A stretch of DNA of 64,000 nucleotides from the human T2T-CHM13v2.0 reference genome, Homo sapiens. Positions 16,631 to 28,992 of the stretch are shown here, in pieces. The stretch lies in NCBI RefSeq assembly GCF_009914755.1, contig NC_060936.1. One strand, written 5' to 3'. A program made the translations under genes and the position numbers. The notes under the pieces were generated by a model, which did no database searches, was not told the DNA's origin, and saw nothing but the letters and a program-made list of their open reading frames with translations. Each line of letters begins with the position of its first letter. Positions within the stretch are counted from its first letter, which is position 1.

Positions 16631-17680
16631 AAAATAATCTTATTAAATGTTATCATAATGTATACTTTGATAGCATTATGAATTTAACATATGTTTCATC
16701 TGTAAATTATAATGCTCATTACTAATTTAATCAGTCGATTATGTAGCTCTGAGCCTTACTAATCTCGGTCCTTAAAAAAAACAAATGTGTCTAAGAAGAT
16801 GAGTGGGGGGAAAAAAGGAAAGATATAGGGAAGGAGGGAGAGAGAAAGGGCTTTCAAGAAAGAAAGCTTCAAATCTCTCCTGCCACCCTACAAAACTCAC
16901 TAATAGCTCTTCTTTTTGAAATGTGAGGGTAGGTAATCCAGTCACAATTAACCTAGCCTGTGCTGAACAGAATTTGAGTGGTAAAACAGGGCAGTGATTT
17001 TCCAAAAATGTTTTGCAAAACACCCTTATAAAATACAAATTAAGAGAAATCCTAATAAAATATATAATGGCATAAATGACCTGGATGAAGTGAAGTGGGC
17101 AACCACAGAGCCCCACTTGCTTGCTCCCACTGAGCCAATTCCATGAAACCTTAGGAATCCACTCAACACAATTTGAAACCACTGGGCCTCCTGAGGGACA
17201 GCCAGGTCTCGTCTACCCCAAAAAGTTTGTTACTTGATTCTAACAGGCAAACCTCTCTCCTCTTTACCCTCTTATTTCCTGAAGCCTGCTCTTTCACAGA
17301 AGGCTTCCCAAAGATGGCCTTGGATGAGCTGTATGGTTGAAGGAATGTACAGCTGTGTACAGATACTGGGAGCAGGGATAAGAGATAGGAGGTATAACAG
17401 AGAAAGCATTTTTGGACATGAGAGTTCATTAAGCTCATTCAGAGAAGTGTTTGCTAAACAGAAAGGGGGACCAGAGATATAGACACAGAGAGATGCCCAC
17501 ATACTCACATTCCTGTACACATATGCATGCCCAGGCACACACCCATACATACAACCCTGCCTGCACACACACATGCACACACAAAAATGTGAGGGAAAAG
17601 CTCTTTGGAAAAGGCAGCTCAAAGTGGGATGAATACCTCACACCCCGTCCACCTCATTATCTTATCCAGAAAAAATACAG

Positions 17681-17845
17681 CAGTGTTTCTCAAACTTTAA
17701 TGTGCATATAAATAACCTAAAGATCCTGTTAAAGTGCAGGTTCTGATTCAGTAAGTCCTCAATGAGGCCTGAGATTGTACATTTCTAACAAGCTCCCAGG
17801 TGATGCTAACGCCACTGGTCTGTGGACCACACTTTGATAGCAACA
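17681..17845. mobile_element. MER5A (hAT-Charlie)
   Basis: CAGTGTTTCTCAAACTT...CATTTCTAACAAGCTCCCAGGTGATGCT...GGACCACACTTTGA. Confidence 0.85.
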
Positions 17846-19231
17846 TCCTACATAACAACACATCTCCACATGATCTATATTATAATTGAAAAACAAAGTT
17901 CCCTGGTAAAATAAGACTGAGAACTGCTCAATTAAATAAGACAAAACAAACTGGAGCCTTCTCAGAGACTGGAGGACTTCTCAGAGACTAACTTAGAGGA
18001 CCAAGATGAGGTGAGAATGGTTATGAGAAGGCCCTAAAATGGGAAAAAGTCTACTTTTTTCCCATTCTTCCAATGAGAGATACTTCAAGTTTCAATTTTA
18101 AATGCTAATACCTATGCAAAAATACAGAGTGGAAACACAACATTTTAGAAGTAGCTAACTTCTGACTGGAATGATAATATGAAAATAATCATTACTATCT
18201 TCCTCCTTATACTTCCTTAAATCTTTAATGTATACATAATACTTTTATAATCATGAGAAAAAGAATTATCTTAAGGAAAAAATAAAACTCCATCCCCCAC
18301 ACCCAGATTCTTTACATTAGCATTTAGAACAATTACTTTATTCAGACTTACATAAAACATAAAAGATTTTCTAGTAAAGGAAGAACTGTTGGTGAAGTAA
18401 AGAATGAAGCAATCATAACATTTTAGAAGGTAGCCTAGAAATAAATATTAGTGAAGAGACTTTGGGCTGTGGGGGAACAAAAGACAAATAGCAAAAATGG
18501 ATGGAACAAAGAGGAAAGAAGACCAAAATCACTTTGCCTACTCCACAAATGCACCAAGAGCTTTACCTGTTGAGCAGCTACCTCCCTGGCATAAAAATCA
18601 TTTACTTGCTGCCATTCTGGGTTGACTGTCCCTAGTATGTTCTATAAAAGTAAAGTATGTTGTGCAAAGGAACCCTGATCAGACTATAAAACATGTAAAG
18701 ATGAAATTGTTTAATTCATATGTCTAAAAATTGTCAGGGGGCTATACAAACTTTACACCATACACACACATCCAGTCATTCACACATTCACATATTATCA
18801 AAGTGATTATATTACTATCAGTGATTCTTAATATTTGTATCACAAATAAAAGAGAGAAATAATACTTACTGGTATTTCTCCTGAGAAACACTATGATATC
18901 AAAGAAGTGAGGATATACAGCAAAATAAAAGTTGTTATAAAAGACATAAAAATGAAGTTTGTTAACATTTGTACTTCAAAAATATTAGTAAATATAGGAA
19001 AAAAGACAGCCATTTTATTCTTTATTCACCATACTATTAGCCTAGATTTTTAACATTTAGTTCTTAAGTTCTCATATTATTTATAAGTAGTAGGTCTAAT
19101 GTTAGAAACTGTCAAGAGGTATACCACTAGATCTAGGTATAGGCAAAATTATAAGAAGAAATCTTTAAGAAGTTACTTGCTAGCAAATTTAATTAAATGC
19201 TACCACAGCAAGGTTATAAAATGGGACTGGA

Positions 19232-19510
19232 GGCTAGGCATGGTGGCTCACACCTGTAATCTCAATACTTTGGGAGGCTGAGGCAGGAGGGGTGCTTGAG
19301 GCAAAGTTTGAGACCAGGCTGGACAACATAGCAAGACCTCATCTCTACAAAAAATTTTAAAATTACCTGGGTGTGATGGAGCACGCCTGTAGTCCTAGCT
19401 ACTTGGGAGGTTGAGGCTTGAGCCCAGGAGTTTGAAGTTATAGTAAGCTATGATCGCACCACTGCACTCCGGCCTGGGTGACAGAGCAAGACTCTATCTC
19501 TTTAAAAAAA
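19232..19510 (+). mobile_element. AluJ
   Basis: Alu consensus, degenerate. Confidence 0.85.
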
Positions 19511-20228
19511 ATTTTTTTTAAGTGACTGGAAATTCAGATTTCTAAATCTCACACTGATCAACTACTGACCCAAGTCACAATACTTCCAGCCTGTTTTCTT
19601 ACCTATCAAGAGGATACGAGGCTAGAGCCATGAGTTTCAACAAATAGAAAAGACCTCACCCAGCAGATTGCTAAATATTATGTTAGTTCCCCAAGTTCCA
19701 CAATTAAGAATCCTCCAAACTTAGCTGAAAATCCCAACAAGAAGGTTTTGAAAACAATAGTAGTCTCAGCCCATTTCAAAAGTTTAATACAAGCCTCTCT
19801 ACTTACAATCTCTCAAGATCTTCCCTCTGAAGACGCTCTTATCTGTCTATCATTAAGGTTTCAAGTAATAAAAACTTGTCTGGCTCAGGATGTGACTAAA
19901 CACTCTAGAAACACTTCAAAGGTTCCTTTTAGCTCTAAAATTCTCAGTAATTCTATAATTTCCCACAATAAACAATATTGTAGAATGAAGTACATACAGA
20001 ATCTTTTAAAACATGATTATAAATCACAGCTCATATAACAAAAGGTACCGTCTTAACAACCATGAAAGCCAATAAACAAAACACTGTAGGTGTTCAACAA
20101 ATGATCAACAAACATTTGTTAAATAATTATTCCAAGCTATAAAGATTTAAGGAAAACATACCTTAAAGAAAAAAACACTAAGGTTTCACCAACTCCTTGA
20201 ATGAAAACTTGATATTCCACAGAATGTT

Positions 20229-21204
20229 AAACTTTCTACCAATGTTGGCCCTATATCTAACCTTGAAGGAAAGAGAAATAAGCAAAAAAACCTTTCATTC
20301 AACTAGGATGGTTTTATAAACCTCTTTATTAAAGACAAATGAGTGAAAAGATCAACCAGTAATCCAACAACCCAGGTTTCAATCTAGGCTCTAACATTAA
20401 TTATTTGACTAGCGGACCATCTTCCTCACCAGCCATATAGGGGCGGTTTGATGAGCAAATAGAAGGATATATAGGAAAGCACTCTGAACACAGTAAAGCA
20501 CTATACAAGTGTGCTTACATAAAACGGCAGGATTGTTAAATTTATATATATTCAATACTTGAAAAATCATCCCAGGAATCATCTACTTTGTAAATAAAAT
20601 AATTTTGTACTAGGGTTACATTATTTAGTGTCTGTTTCATAAGTTACCTATTTTATTGGTTATATTGGCAATGATCGCCAGCATGATATTCAGGGATTTT
20701 TTTTTCCTTTTCTTTCAAAAGCATTGTTGAGAAGATTAAATGGTTTTAATTCTCATTGTTGAGAAGATTAAATGATAAAGCCATTATCACAGTGGCTGAC
20801 ACACAGTAAGTGCTCTGTAAGTAGTGGCCATTACTGTTAAGGAATAAATGGTGGCTTATAATTTATTGCTGCCAAATTCTTTTTTTTTTTTTTGTTACCA
20901 TTGGTAGTTTCTGGTGTTGGAAACTCAGTAAAAAGCTGTGTCTTTCATTATCTGTCACTTGTGCAGTGCTTTACTGTGCTCAGAATGTTTTCCTATATAC
21001 ACTTCCATTTGCTCATCAAACAACCCTATGAGACTGGTGAAGAAGGTAGAAATCCAGTCACAGAATTAATATTAGAGCCCACATTGACACCCGAGTTGTT
21101 TGAAAGAGGTTTATAAAACTATCATAGTTGGGTGAAAGGTTTCTTTGCTTATTCCTCTTTCCTTCAAAGTTACATATAGCGCCAGCATACTATGTAGGAA
21201 GTTT
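20229..21204. repeat. Inverted repeat with ~90-100 bp arms (20242-20327 and 21103-21188 core)
   Basis: 76/86 ungapped identity to the reverse complement, extending a further ~12 nt with a gap. Confidence 0.93.
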
Positions 21205-21273
21205 CAGTCTACTGAAATTTTACATCAATTATATAACTATCATCTTAAAAACAGCAGTTTCTTTAAAATACAT

Positions 21274-21306
<33 letters not shown>

Positions 21307-21629
21307 CACACAAACAAAAAGATAAAGAAAAGGCTTTACCCAGCAATGAAGTGCCAGCTGTTTCAAAGAACATAATTTGGGTGAAATTTCTTAGGGGAGA
21401 AAGTAATCAATCAAACTGGAAATTGGCCATGATGTTAAAGCACATTTTACCAAAAGTGCTTTATTTATATTTATTTATTTATTTGTACAGACAGGGTCTC
21501 GCTATGTTGCCCAGGCTAGTCTTGAACCCTAGGCTCAAGCAATCCTCCTGCCTCAGCCTGTAAAAGTGCTGGGATTACAGGTGTGAGCCACCTCGCCCCA
21601 CCAGAAGTGCTTTATTAATAATGGCCACA

Positions 21630-22000
21630 TGCAGCCATAAAAAAGGATGAGTTCATGTCCTTCGCAGGGACATGGATGAAGCTGGAAACCATCATTCTCA
21701 GCAAACTAACACGGGAACAGAAAACCTAACACCGCATGTTCTCACTCATAAGTGGGAGTTGAACAATGAGAACACATGGACACAGGGAGGGGAACATCAC
21801 ACACTGGGGCCTGTCGGGGGGTGGGGGGCAAGGGGAAGGAGAGCATTAGGACAAATACCTAATGCATGCAGGTCTTAAAACCTAGATGATGGGTTGATGG
21901 ATGGAGCAAACCACCGTGGCACATGTATATCTATGTAACAAATCTTCAAGTTCTGCACATGTATCCCAGAAGTTAAAGTAAAATAAATAAATAAATAAAT
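21630..22000 (+). mobile_element. 5'-truncated L1PA 3' end
   Basis: L1 3'UTR with (AAAT)n tail; TSD AATAATGGCCACA at 21617-21629 and 22001-22013. Confidence 0.92.
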
Positions 22001-22326
22001 AATAATGGCCACAACAATAACTGATTTCATATAAGCACAGCCTTCTCCAAAAACTAGAACTATGTTGGAAAATCCATTCTCAACTCCTTGTATTTACTCA
22101 CTAGCAAATATTACCTATCTTCTGTGCTAGAATTCAAACCCTTAAAGGCTAGAATTGGGTTTCATCCACAATTCTGTAGTCCTAGCATAATTCATTGCAT
22201 ATGTTTCCCAGTAAGCATGTATTTATAATATATTTTAGTTTCTGATAGGCCCTTGATGTCAACTACCTTAACTTTAAAAATCATTCAACAGAAAATAATT
22301 TAGGTGAAGAATACAATATATTTCTT

Positions 22327-24086
22327 TTTTTTATTATACTTTAAATTCTGGGATACATGTGCAGAACCTCCAGGTTTGTTACATAGGTATACACGTGCCA
22401 TAGTGGTTTGCTGCATCCATCAACCCGTCATCTACATTAGGCAATTCTTCTAATGCTATCCCTCCTCTAGCCCCCCACCCCGCGACAGGCCCCCGTGTGT
22501 GATGTTCCCCTCCCTGTGTCCATGTGTTCTTATTGTTCAACTCCCAGTTATGAGTGAGAATACGTGGTGTTTGGTTTTCTGATCCTGTGTTAGTGTGCTG
22601 TAAATGATGGTTTCCAGCTTCATCCATGTCCCTGCAAAGGACATGAACTCATCCTTTTTACAGCTGCATAGTATTCCATGGTGTATATGTGCCACATTTT
22701 CTTTATCCAGTCTATCATTGATGGGCATTTGGGTTGGTTCCAAGTCTTTGCTTTTGTGAATAGTGCTGCAATAAACATACGTGTGCATGTGTCTTTACAG
22801 TAGAATGATTTATAATCCTTTGGGTATATACCCAGTAATGAGACTGCTGGATCAAATGGTATTTCTGGTTCTAGATCCCTGAGGAATCACCACACTGTCT
22901 TCCACAATGGTTGAACTAATTTACACTCCCACCAACAGTGTAAAAGCGTTCCTATTTCTCCACATCCTCTCCAGCATCTGTTGTTTCCAGACTTTTTAAT
23001 GATCGCCATTCTAAATGGCATGAGATACTATCTCATTGTGGTTTGATGTGCATTTCTCTAATGACCAGTGATGAGTTTTTCACATTTGTTGGCTGCATAA
23101 ATGTCTTCTTTTGAGAAGTGTCTGTTCATATCCTTTGCCCACTTTTTGATGGGGTTGTTTTTTTTCTTGTAAATTTAAGTTCTTTGTATATTCTGGATAT
23201 TAGCCCTTTGTCAGATGGACAGATGGCAAAAATATTCTCCAATTCTGTAGGTTGCCTGTTCACTCTGATGATAGTTTCTTTTGCTGTGCAGAAGCTCTTT
23301 AGTTCAATTAGATCTCATTTGTCAATTTTGGCTTTTGTTGCCACTGCTTTTGGTGTTTTAGTCATGAAGTCTTTGCCCATGCCTATGTCCTGAATAGTTT
23401 TTCAGGACATAAAACCTTGCCTAGGTTTCCTTCCAGGGATTTTATGGTTTTAGGTCTTATGTTAAAGTCTTTAATCCATCTTGAGTCAATTTTGTGTAAA
23501 GTGTAAGGAAGGGATCCAGTTTCAGTTTTCTGCATATGGCTAGCCAGTTTTCCCAACACCATTTATTAAATAGGGAATCCTTTCCCCAGTGTTTGTTTTT
23601 GTCAGGTTTGTCGAAGATTAGATGGTTGTAGATACGTGGTGTTATTTCTGAGGACTCTGTTCTGTTCTATCGGTCTATATGTCTGTTTTGCTACCAGTAC
23701 CATACTGTTTTGGTTACTGTAGACTTGTGGTATAGTTTGAAGTCAGGTAGCATGATGCCTCCAGCTTTGTTCTTTTTCCTTAGGACTGTTTTGGGTATAC
23801 AGGCTCTTTTTTGGTTCCACATGAAATTTAAATTAGTTTTTCTAATTCTGTGAAGAAAGTCAATGGTAGCTTGATGGGGACAGCACTGAATCTATAAATT
23901 ACTTTGGGAAGTATGGCCATTTTCACAATATTGATTCTTCCTATCCATGAGCATGGAATGTTTTTCCATTTGTTTGTGTCCTCTCTTATTTCCTTGAGCA
24001 GTGGTTTGTAGTTCTCCTTGAAGAGGTCCTTCACATCCCTTGTAAGTTGTATTCCTAGGTATTTTATTCTCCTTGTAGCAATGGAA
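22327..24086 (-). mobile_element. 5'-truncated L1PA (about L1PA7)
   Basis: ORF2 C-terminal fragments and 3'UTR; TSD ATACAATATATTTCTT at 22311-22326 and 24088-24103. Confidence 0.92.
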
Positions 24087-24324
24087 TATACAATATATTT
24101 CTTAATACGCTGTACACTTTCACAGCTTCATTGGTTTATTTTAGTCAAGAAACACTTCGTTTTTAGCTATATTATATCATATAAATTTCAACTATCTGAA
24201 AAATGAGACCTAATAAGTGGCCACAAATGAGATCATAACAATATTATACAACTTGCCAAAGCTGTTCCTTAAAAATGCTAAGGTGTTCATGTACAATATC
24301 ATCCTTGAAATAATGCTAAAACAT

Positions 24325-24638
<314 letters not shown>

Positions 24639-24785
24639 TTATACCTACAACTTAGAGACAAAATAGTCTGATAATATTTTTACAAACATAGTGTTCAAAA
24701 TTATTGGAAAAGCAACGCCAGGTGTCAAATAGCAATAGTCAAATTTGAAGAAACATTAATTGAAAACATTTAAATAGACATCTTG

Positions 24786-25147
24786 AGAGGAGGTCGCGGC
24801 GCCGGAGGCCCCAGAAGGCTCGAAGGCGCCGCGGGCTGGGGTCGGTGGCTTAGGGAGCCCGTCCGGCCATGGTGGCCGCGGGTGGTGGTTGGCGCGGCTG
24901 CGCTGCGGCCCGGGGCAGTGCGGAGCCGGGACAGTCGCGGCGCTGACGCCCGCGGGCCCCAGCTGCAGATATGAAGCGGAGCCGCTGCCGCGACCGACCG
25001 CAGCCGCCGCCGCCCGACCGCCGGGAGGATGGAGTTCAGCGGGCAGCGGAGCTGTCTCAGTCTTTGCCGCCGCGCCGGCGAGCGCCGCCCGGGAGGCAGC
25101 GGCTGGAGGAGCGGACGGGCCCCACGGGGCCCGAGGGCAAGGAGCAG
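24786..25147 (+). pseudogene. MAST2: Transduced MAST2 exon 1 (5'UTR plus 59 codons) within SVA_F1
   Basis: ATG at 24971 gives MKRSRCRDRPQPPPPDRREDGVQRAAELSQSLPPRRRAPPGRQRLEERTGPTGPEGKEQ, then joins SVA sequence at GAGCAG|CCGCCTGCC. Confidence 0.92.
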
Positions 25148-25179
25148 CCGCCTGCCTTGGCCTCCCAAAGTGCCGAGAT

Positions 25180-26850
25180 TGCAGCCTCTGCCCGGCCGCC
25201 ACCCCGTCTGGGAAGTGAGGAGTGTCTCTGCCTGGCCGCCCATCGTCTGCGACGTGAGGAGCCCCTCTGCCTGGCTGCCCAGTCTGGAAAGTGAGGAGCG
25301 TCTCCGCCCGGCCGCCATCCCATCTAGGAAGTGAGGAGCGCCTCTTCCCAGCCGCCATCACATCTAGGAAGTGAGGAGCGTCTCTGCCCGGCCGCCCATC
25401 GTCTGAGATGTGGGGAGCGCCTCTGCCCCGCCGCCCCATCTGGGATGTGAGGAGCGCCTCTGCCCTGCCGAGACCCCGTCTGGGAGGTGAGGAGCGTCTC
25501 TGCCCGGCCGCCCTGTCTGAGAAGTGAGGAGACCCTCTGCCTGGCAACCACCCCGTCTGAGAAGTTAGGAGCCCCTCCGCCCAGCAGCTGCCCCGTCTGA
25601 GAAGTGAGGAGCCTCTCCGCCCGGCAGCCACCCCATCTGGGAAGTGAGGAGCGTCTCCGCCCGGCAGCCACCCCGTCCGGGAGGGAGGTGGGGGGGTCAG
25701 CCCCCCGCCTGGCCAGCGTGCTGTCCGGGAGGGAGGTGGGGGGGTCAGCCCCCCGCCTGGCCAGCCGTGCCGTCCGGGAGGGAGGTGGGGGGGTCAGCCC
25801 CCCGCCCCGCCAGCCGCCCCGTCCGGGAGGTGAGGGGCGCCTCTGCCCGGCCGCCCCTACTGGGAAGTGAGGAGCCCCTCAGCCCAGCCAGCCACCCTGT
25901 CCGGGAGGGAGGTGGGGGGGTCAGCCCCCCGCCTGGCCAGCCGCCCCGTCCAGGAGGGAGGTGGGGGGTCAGCCCTCCGCCCGGCCAGCCGCCCCGTCTG
26001 GGAGGTGAGGGGCGCCTCTGCCCAGCCGCCCCTACTGGGAAGTGAGGAGCCCCTCTGCCCGGCCAGCCGCCCCGTCCGGGAGGGAGGTGGGGGGGGTCGG
26101 CCCCCCGCCCGGCCAGCCGCCCCGTCCGGGAGGGAGGTGGGGGGGTCGGCCCCCCGCCCGGCCAGCCGCCCCGTCCTGGAGGGAGGTGGGGGTGTCGGCC
26201 CCCCGCCCGCGCCAGCCGCCCCGTCCGGGAGGGAGGTGGGGGGGGGTCAGCCCCCCTGCCCGGCCAGCCACCCCATCCGGGAGGTGAGGGGCGCCTCTGC
26301 CCGGCCGCCCCTACTGGGAAGTGAGGAGCCTCTCTGCCCGGCCAGCCGCCCCGTCCGGGAGGGAGGTGGGGGGGTCAGCCCCCCGCCTGGCCAGCCGCCC
26401 CGTCCGGGAGGGAGGTGGGGGGGGGGGTCAGCCCCCCCGCCTGGCCAGCCGCCCCGTCCGGGAGGTGAGGGGTGCCTCTGCCCGGCCGCCCCTACTGGGA
26501 AGTGAGGAGCCCCTCTGCCCGGCCAGCCGCCCCGTCAGGGAGGGAGGTGGGGGTGTCAGCCCCCCGCCCGGCCAGCCGCCCCGTCCGGGAGGGAGGTGGG
26601 GGGGGGGGTCAGCCCCCCTGCCCGGCCAGCCGCCCCGTCCGGGAGGTGAGGGGCGCCTCTGCCCGGCCGCCCCTACTGGGAAGTGAGGAGCCCCTCTGCC
26701 CGGCCAGCCGCCCCGTCCGGGAGGGAGGTTGGGGGGTCAGCCCCCCGCCCGGCCAGCCGCCCCGTCCGGGAGGTGAGGGGCGCCTCTGCCCGGCCACCCC
26801 TACTGGGAAGTGAGGAGCCCCTCTGCCCGGCCACCACCCCGTCTGGGAGG
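25180..26850 (+). repeat. SVA VNTR
   Basis: Tandem ~35-50 bp units such as GCCTCTGCCCGGCCGCCCCTACTGGGAAGTGAGGAGCC and CCGTCCGGGAGGGAGGTGGGGGGGTCAGCCCCCC. Confidence 0.95.
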
Positions 26851-27525
26851 TGTGCCCAACAGCTCATTGAGAACGGGCCATGATGACAATGGCGGCTTTG
26901 TGGAATAGAAAGGCGGGAAAGGTGGGGAAAAGATTGAGAAATCGGATGGTTGCCGTGTCTGTGTAGAAAGAAGTAGACATGGGAGACTTTTCATTTTGTT
27001 CTGCACTAAGAAAAATTCCTCTGCCTTGGGATCCTGTTGATCTGTGACCTTACCCCCAACCCTGTGCTCTCTGAAACATGTGCTGTGTCCACTCAGGGTT
27101 AAATGGATTAAGGGCGGTGCAAGATGTGCTTTGTTAAACAGATGCTTGAAGGCAGCATGCTCGTTAAGAGTCATCACCAATCCCTAATCTCAAGTAATCA
27201 GGGACACAAACACTGCGGAAGGCCGCAGGGTCCTCTGCCTAGGAAAACCAGAGACCTTTGTTCACTTGTTTATCTGCTGACCTTCCCTCCACTATTGTCC
27301 CATGACCCTGCCAAATCCCCCTCTGTGAGAAACACCCAAGAATTATCAATAAAAAAATAAATTAAAAAAAAAAAAAAACATTTAAATATCTACAATACTT
27401 CAGGTATTTTATTAGCTTCTGGGAATACCAAAGTGAATAAGACGGTCTCTGCCCTGTAGGGCAGATAAGTGTCTAGACAATTATACTACAATATATTTAT
27501 TCTCCAGGAATAATTACATATACAT

Positions 27526-27847
27526 ACAGCCATGCATCATTTAATGACGGATATGTTCTGAAAAATGCATCGTTAGGTGATTTCATTGTCAGAACATCAT
27601 AGAATGTATTTATACAAACCTAGATGGTACAGCCTACTACATACCTAGGCTATATGGTAGAGCCTATTGCTCTGAAGCTACAGGTGTACAGGATGTTACT
27701 ATACTGAATGTTGCAGGTAATTGTAACACCATGGTAAGTATTTGTATCTAAACATAGAAAAAGTAGAGTAAAAATATAGTATCATTTTATGGGACTGTAT
27801 ATGTGGTCCCCCACTCACCAAAAATGTCATTATGGAGTGCATGACTG
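27526..27847 (+). mobile_element. Tigger3-type MITE
   Basis: CAGCCATGCATCATTTAATGAC ... GTCATTATGGAGTGCATGACTG inverted termini; CAAACCTAGATGGTACAGCCTACTAC. Confidence 0.8.
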
Positions 27848-27928
27848 ACTCTACATACATAGAATCAATATGATACCAAGGGGTGGAGGGATGGTAATCC
27901 TAGAGGGCTTCTTTGAAAAGTACCATAT

Positions 27929-28278
<350 letters not shown>

Positions 28279-28992
28279 TCAGTGCTGACACAGCACAGGA
28301 TTGGGATAAGCAGCAGGAAATGAAGCTAGGAAGGTAGTTTAGGGATAGATTATTATTATGGCCTTGAACACTATCCTAAGGATCTCAGCCTTTATTCAGC
28401 AGCCACTAATAGGACTCAATTTTTTTTTTAAATATACAGGGACCAACATAATCACATAGGTTTCAAAAAAGATAATGAAGATCATGTTAGTAGCATTCCA
28501 AAGGAGAGACCAATTTGTCCAATAGTTCATGACAGAAGTGATATGGGCTTCTGAACTGTAACTACATAAAAGGAAAAAGGATAGATTTAAGAGACAATCC
28601 AGAGAAAGGACATGAAGGAGGACTACAAATTAGAATCAAAGCTGAGACAATGACAGTTTCTAGCTGAGGTTCCAGAAAGGAGTTTATGCCACATACAAAG
28701 TAAAGAATATACAGATGCCAAGTTTGGGGAGGCAGAAATGGGTTTCAGAGATATACACAGAAATCTATGAAAAAGGAGTCTTAGAGACATGAAGGAAGTA
28801 GAGTTTCAATTTAAAAAGGGCCAAGAACATCAAATACTTTGGAGGCGACATCAACAGATGAGTGAGATTGGGCCACTGAGTTAAACAACTAGGATATTAG
28901 TTATCAGGCCTCACACTATAAAGGAAATAAAAAGAATACCTGCTGAAGTAAAGCCATTGCATGTAGAAACCCAAGCCAATAAACTCTAGACC

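Larger units (their letters stand above)
24777..27374 (+). mobile_element. SVA_F1 (MAST2-SVA fusion) retrotransposon, antisense to YAF2
   Basis: No CCCTCT hexamer head; MAST2 exon 1, short Alu-like remnant, GC-rich VNTR, SINE-R, AATAAA (27348) and poly(A); perfect 14-bp TSD AAAACATTTAAATA at 24763-24776 and 27375-27388. Confidence 0.95.

Noticed and set aside
17255-17395. Weak pyrimidine/purine complementarity suggesting a pre-miRNA-like hairpin
   Set aside because: Short, low-complexity and interrupted pairing
24971-25147. MAST2 gene locus
   Set aside because: Only exon 1 is present, fused to an SVA and inside a TSD, so it is a transduced copy
25180-26850. Repeat array superficially resembling CRISPR
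   Set aside because: No unique spacers; eukaryotic SVA VNTR
24756-26883. Long ORFs on both strands (up to 291 aa)
   Set aside because: Products of the stop-poor GC-rich SVA VNTR and MAST2 segment; repetitive translations
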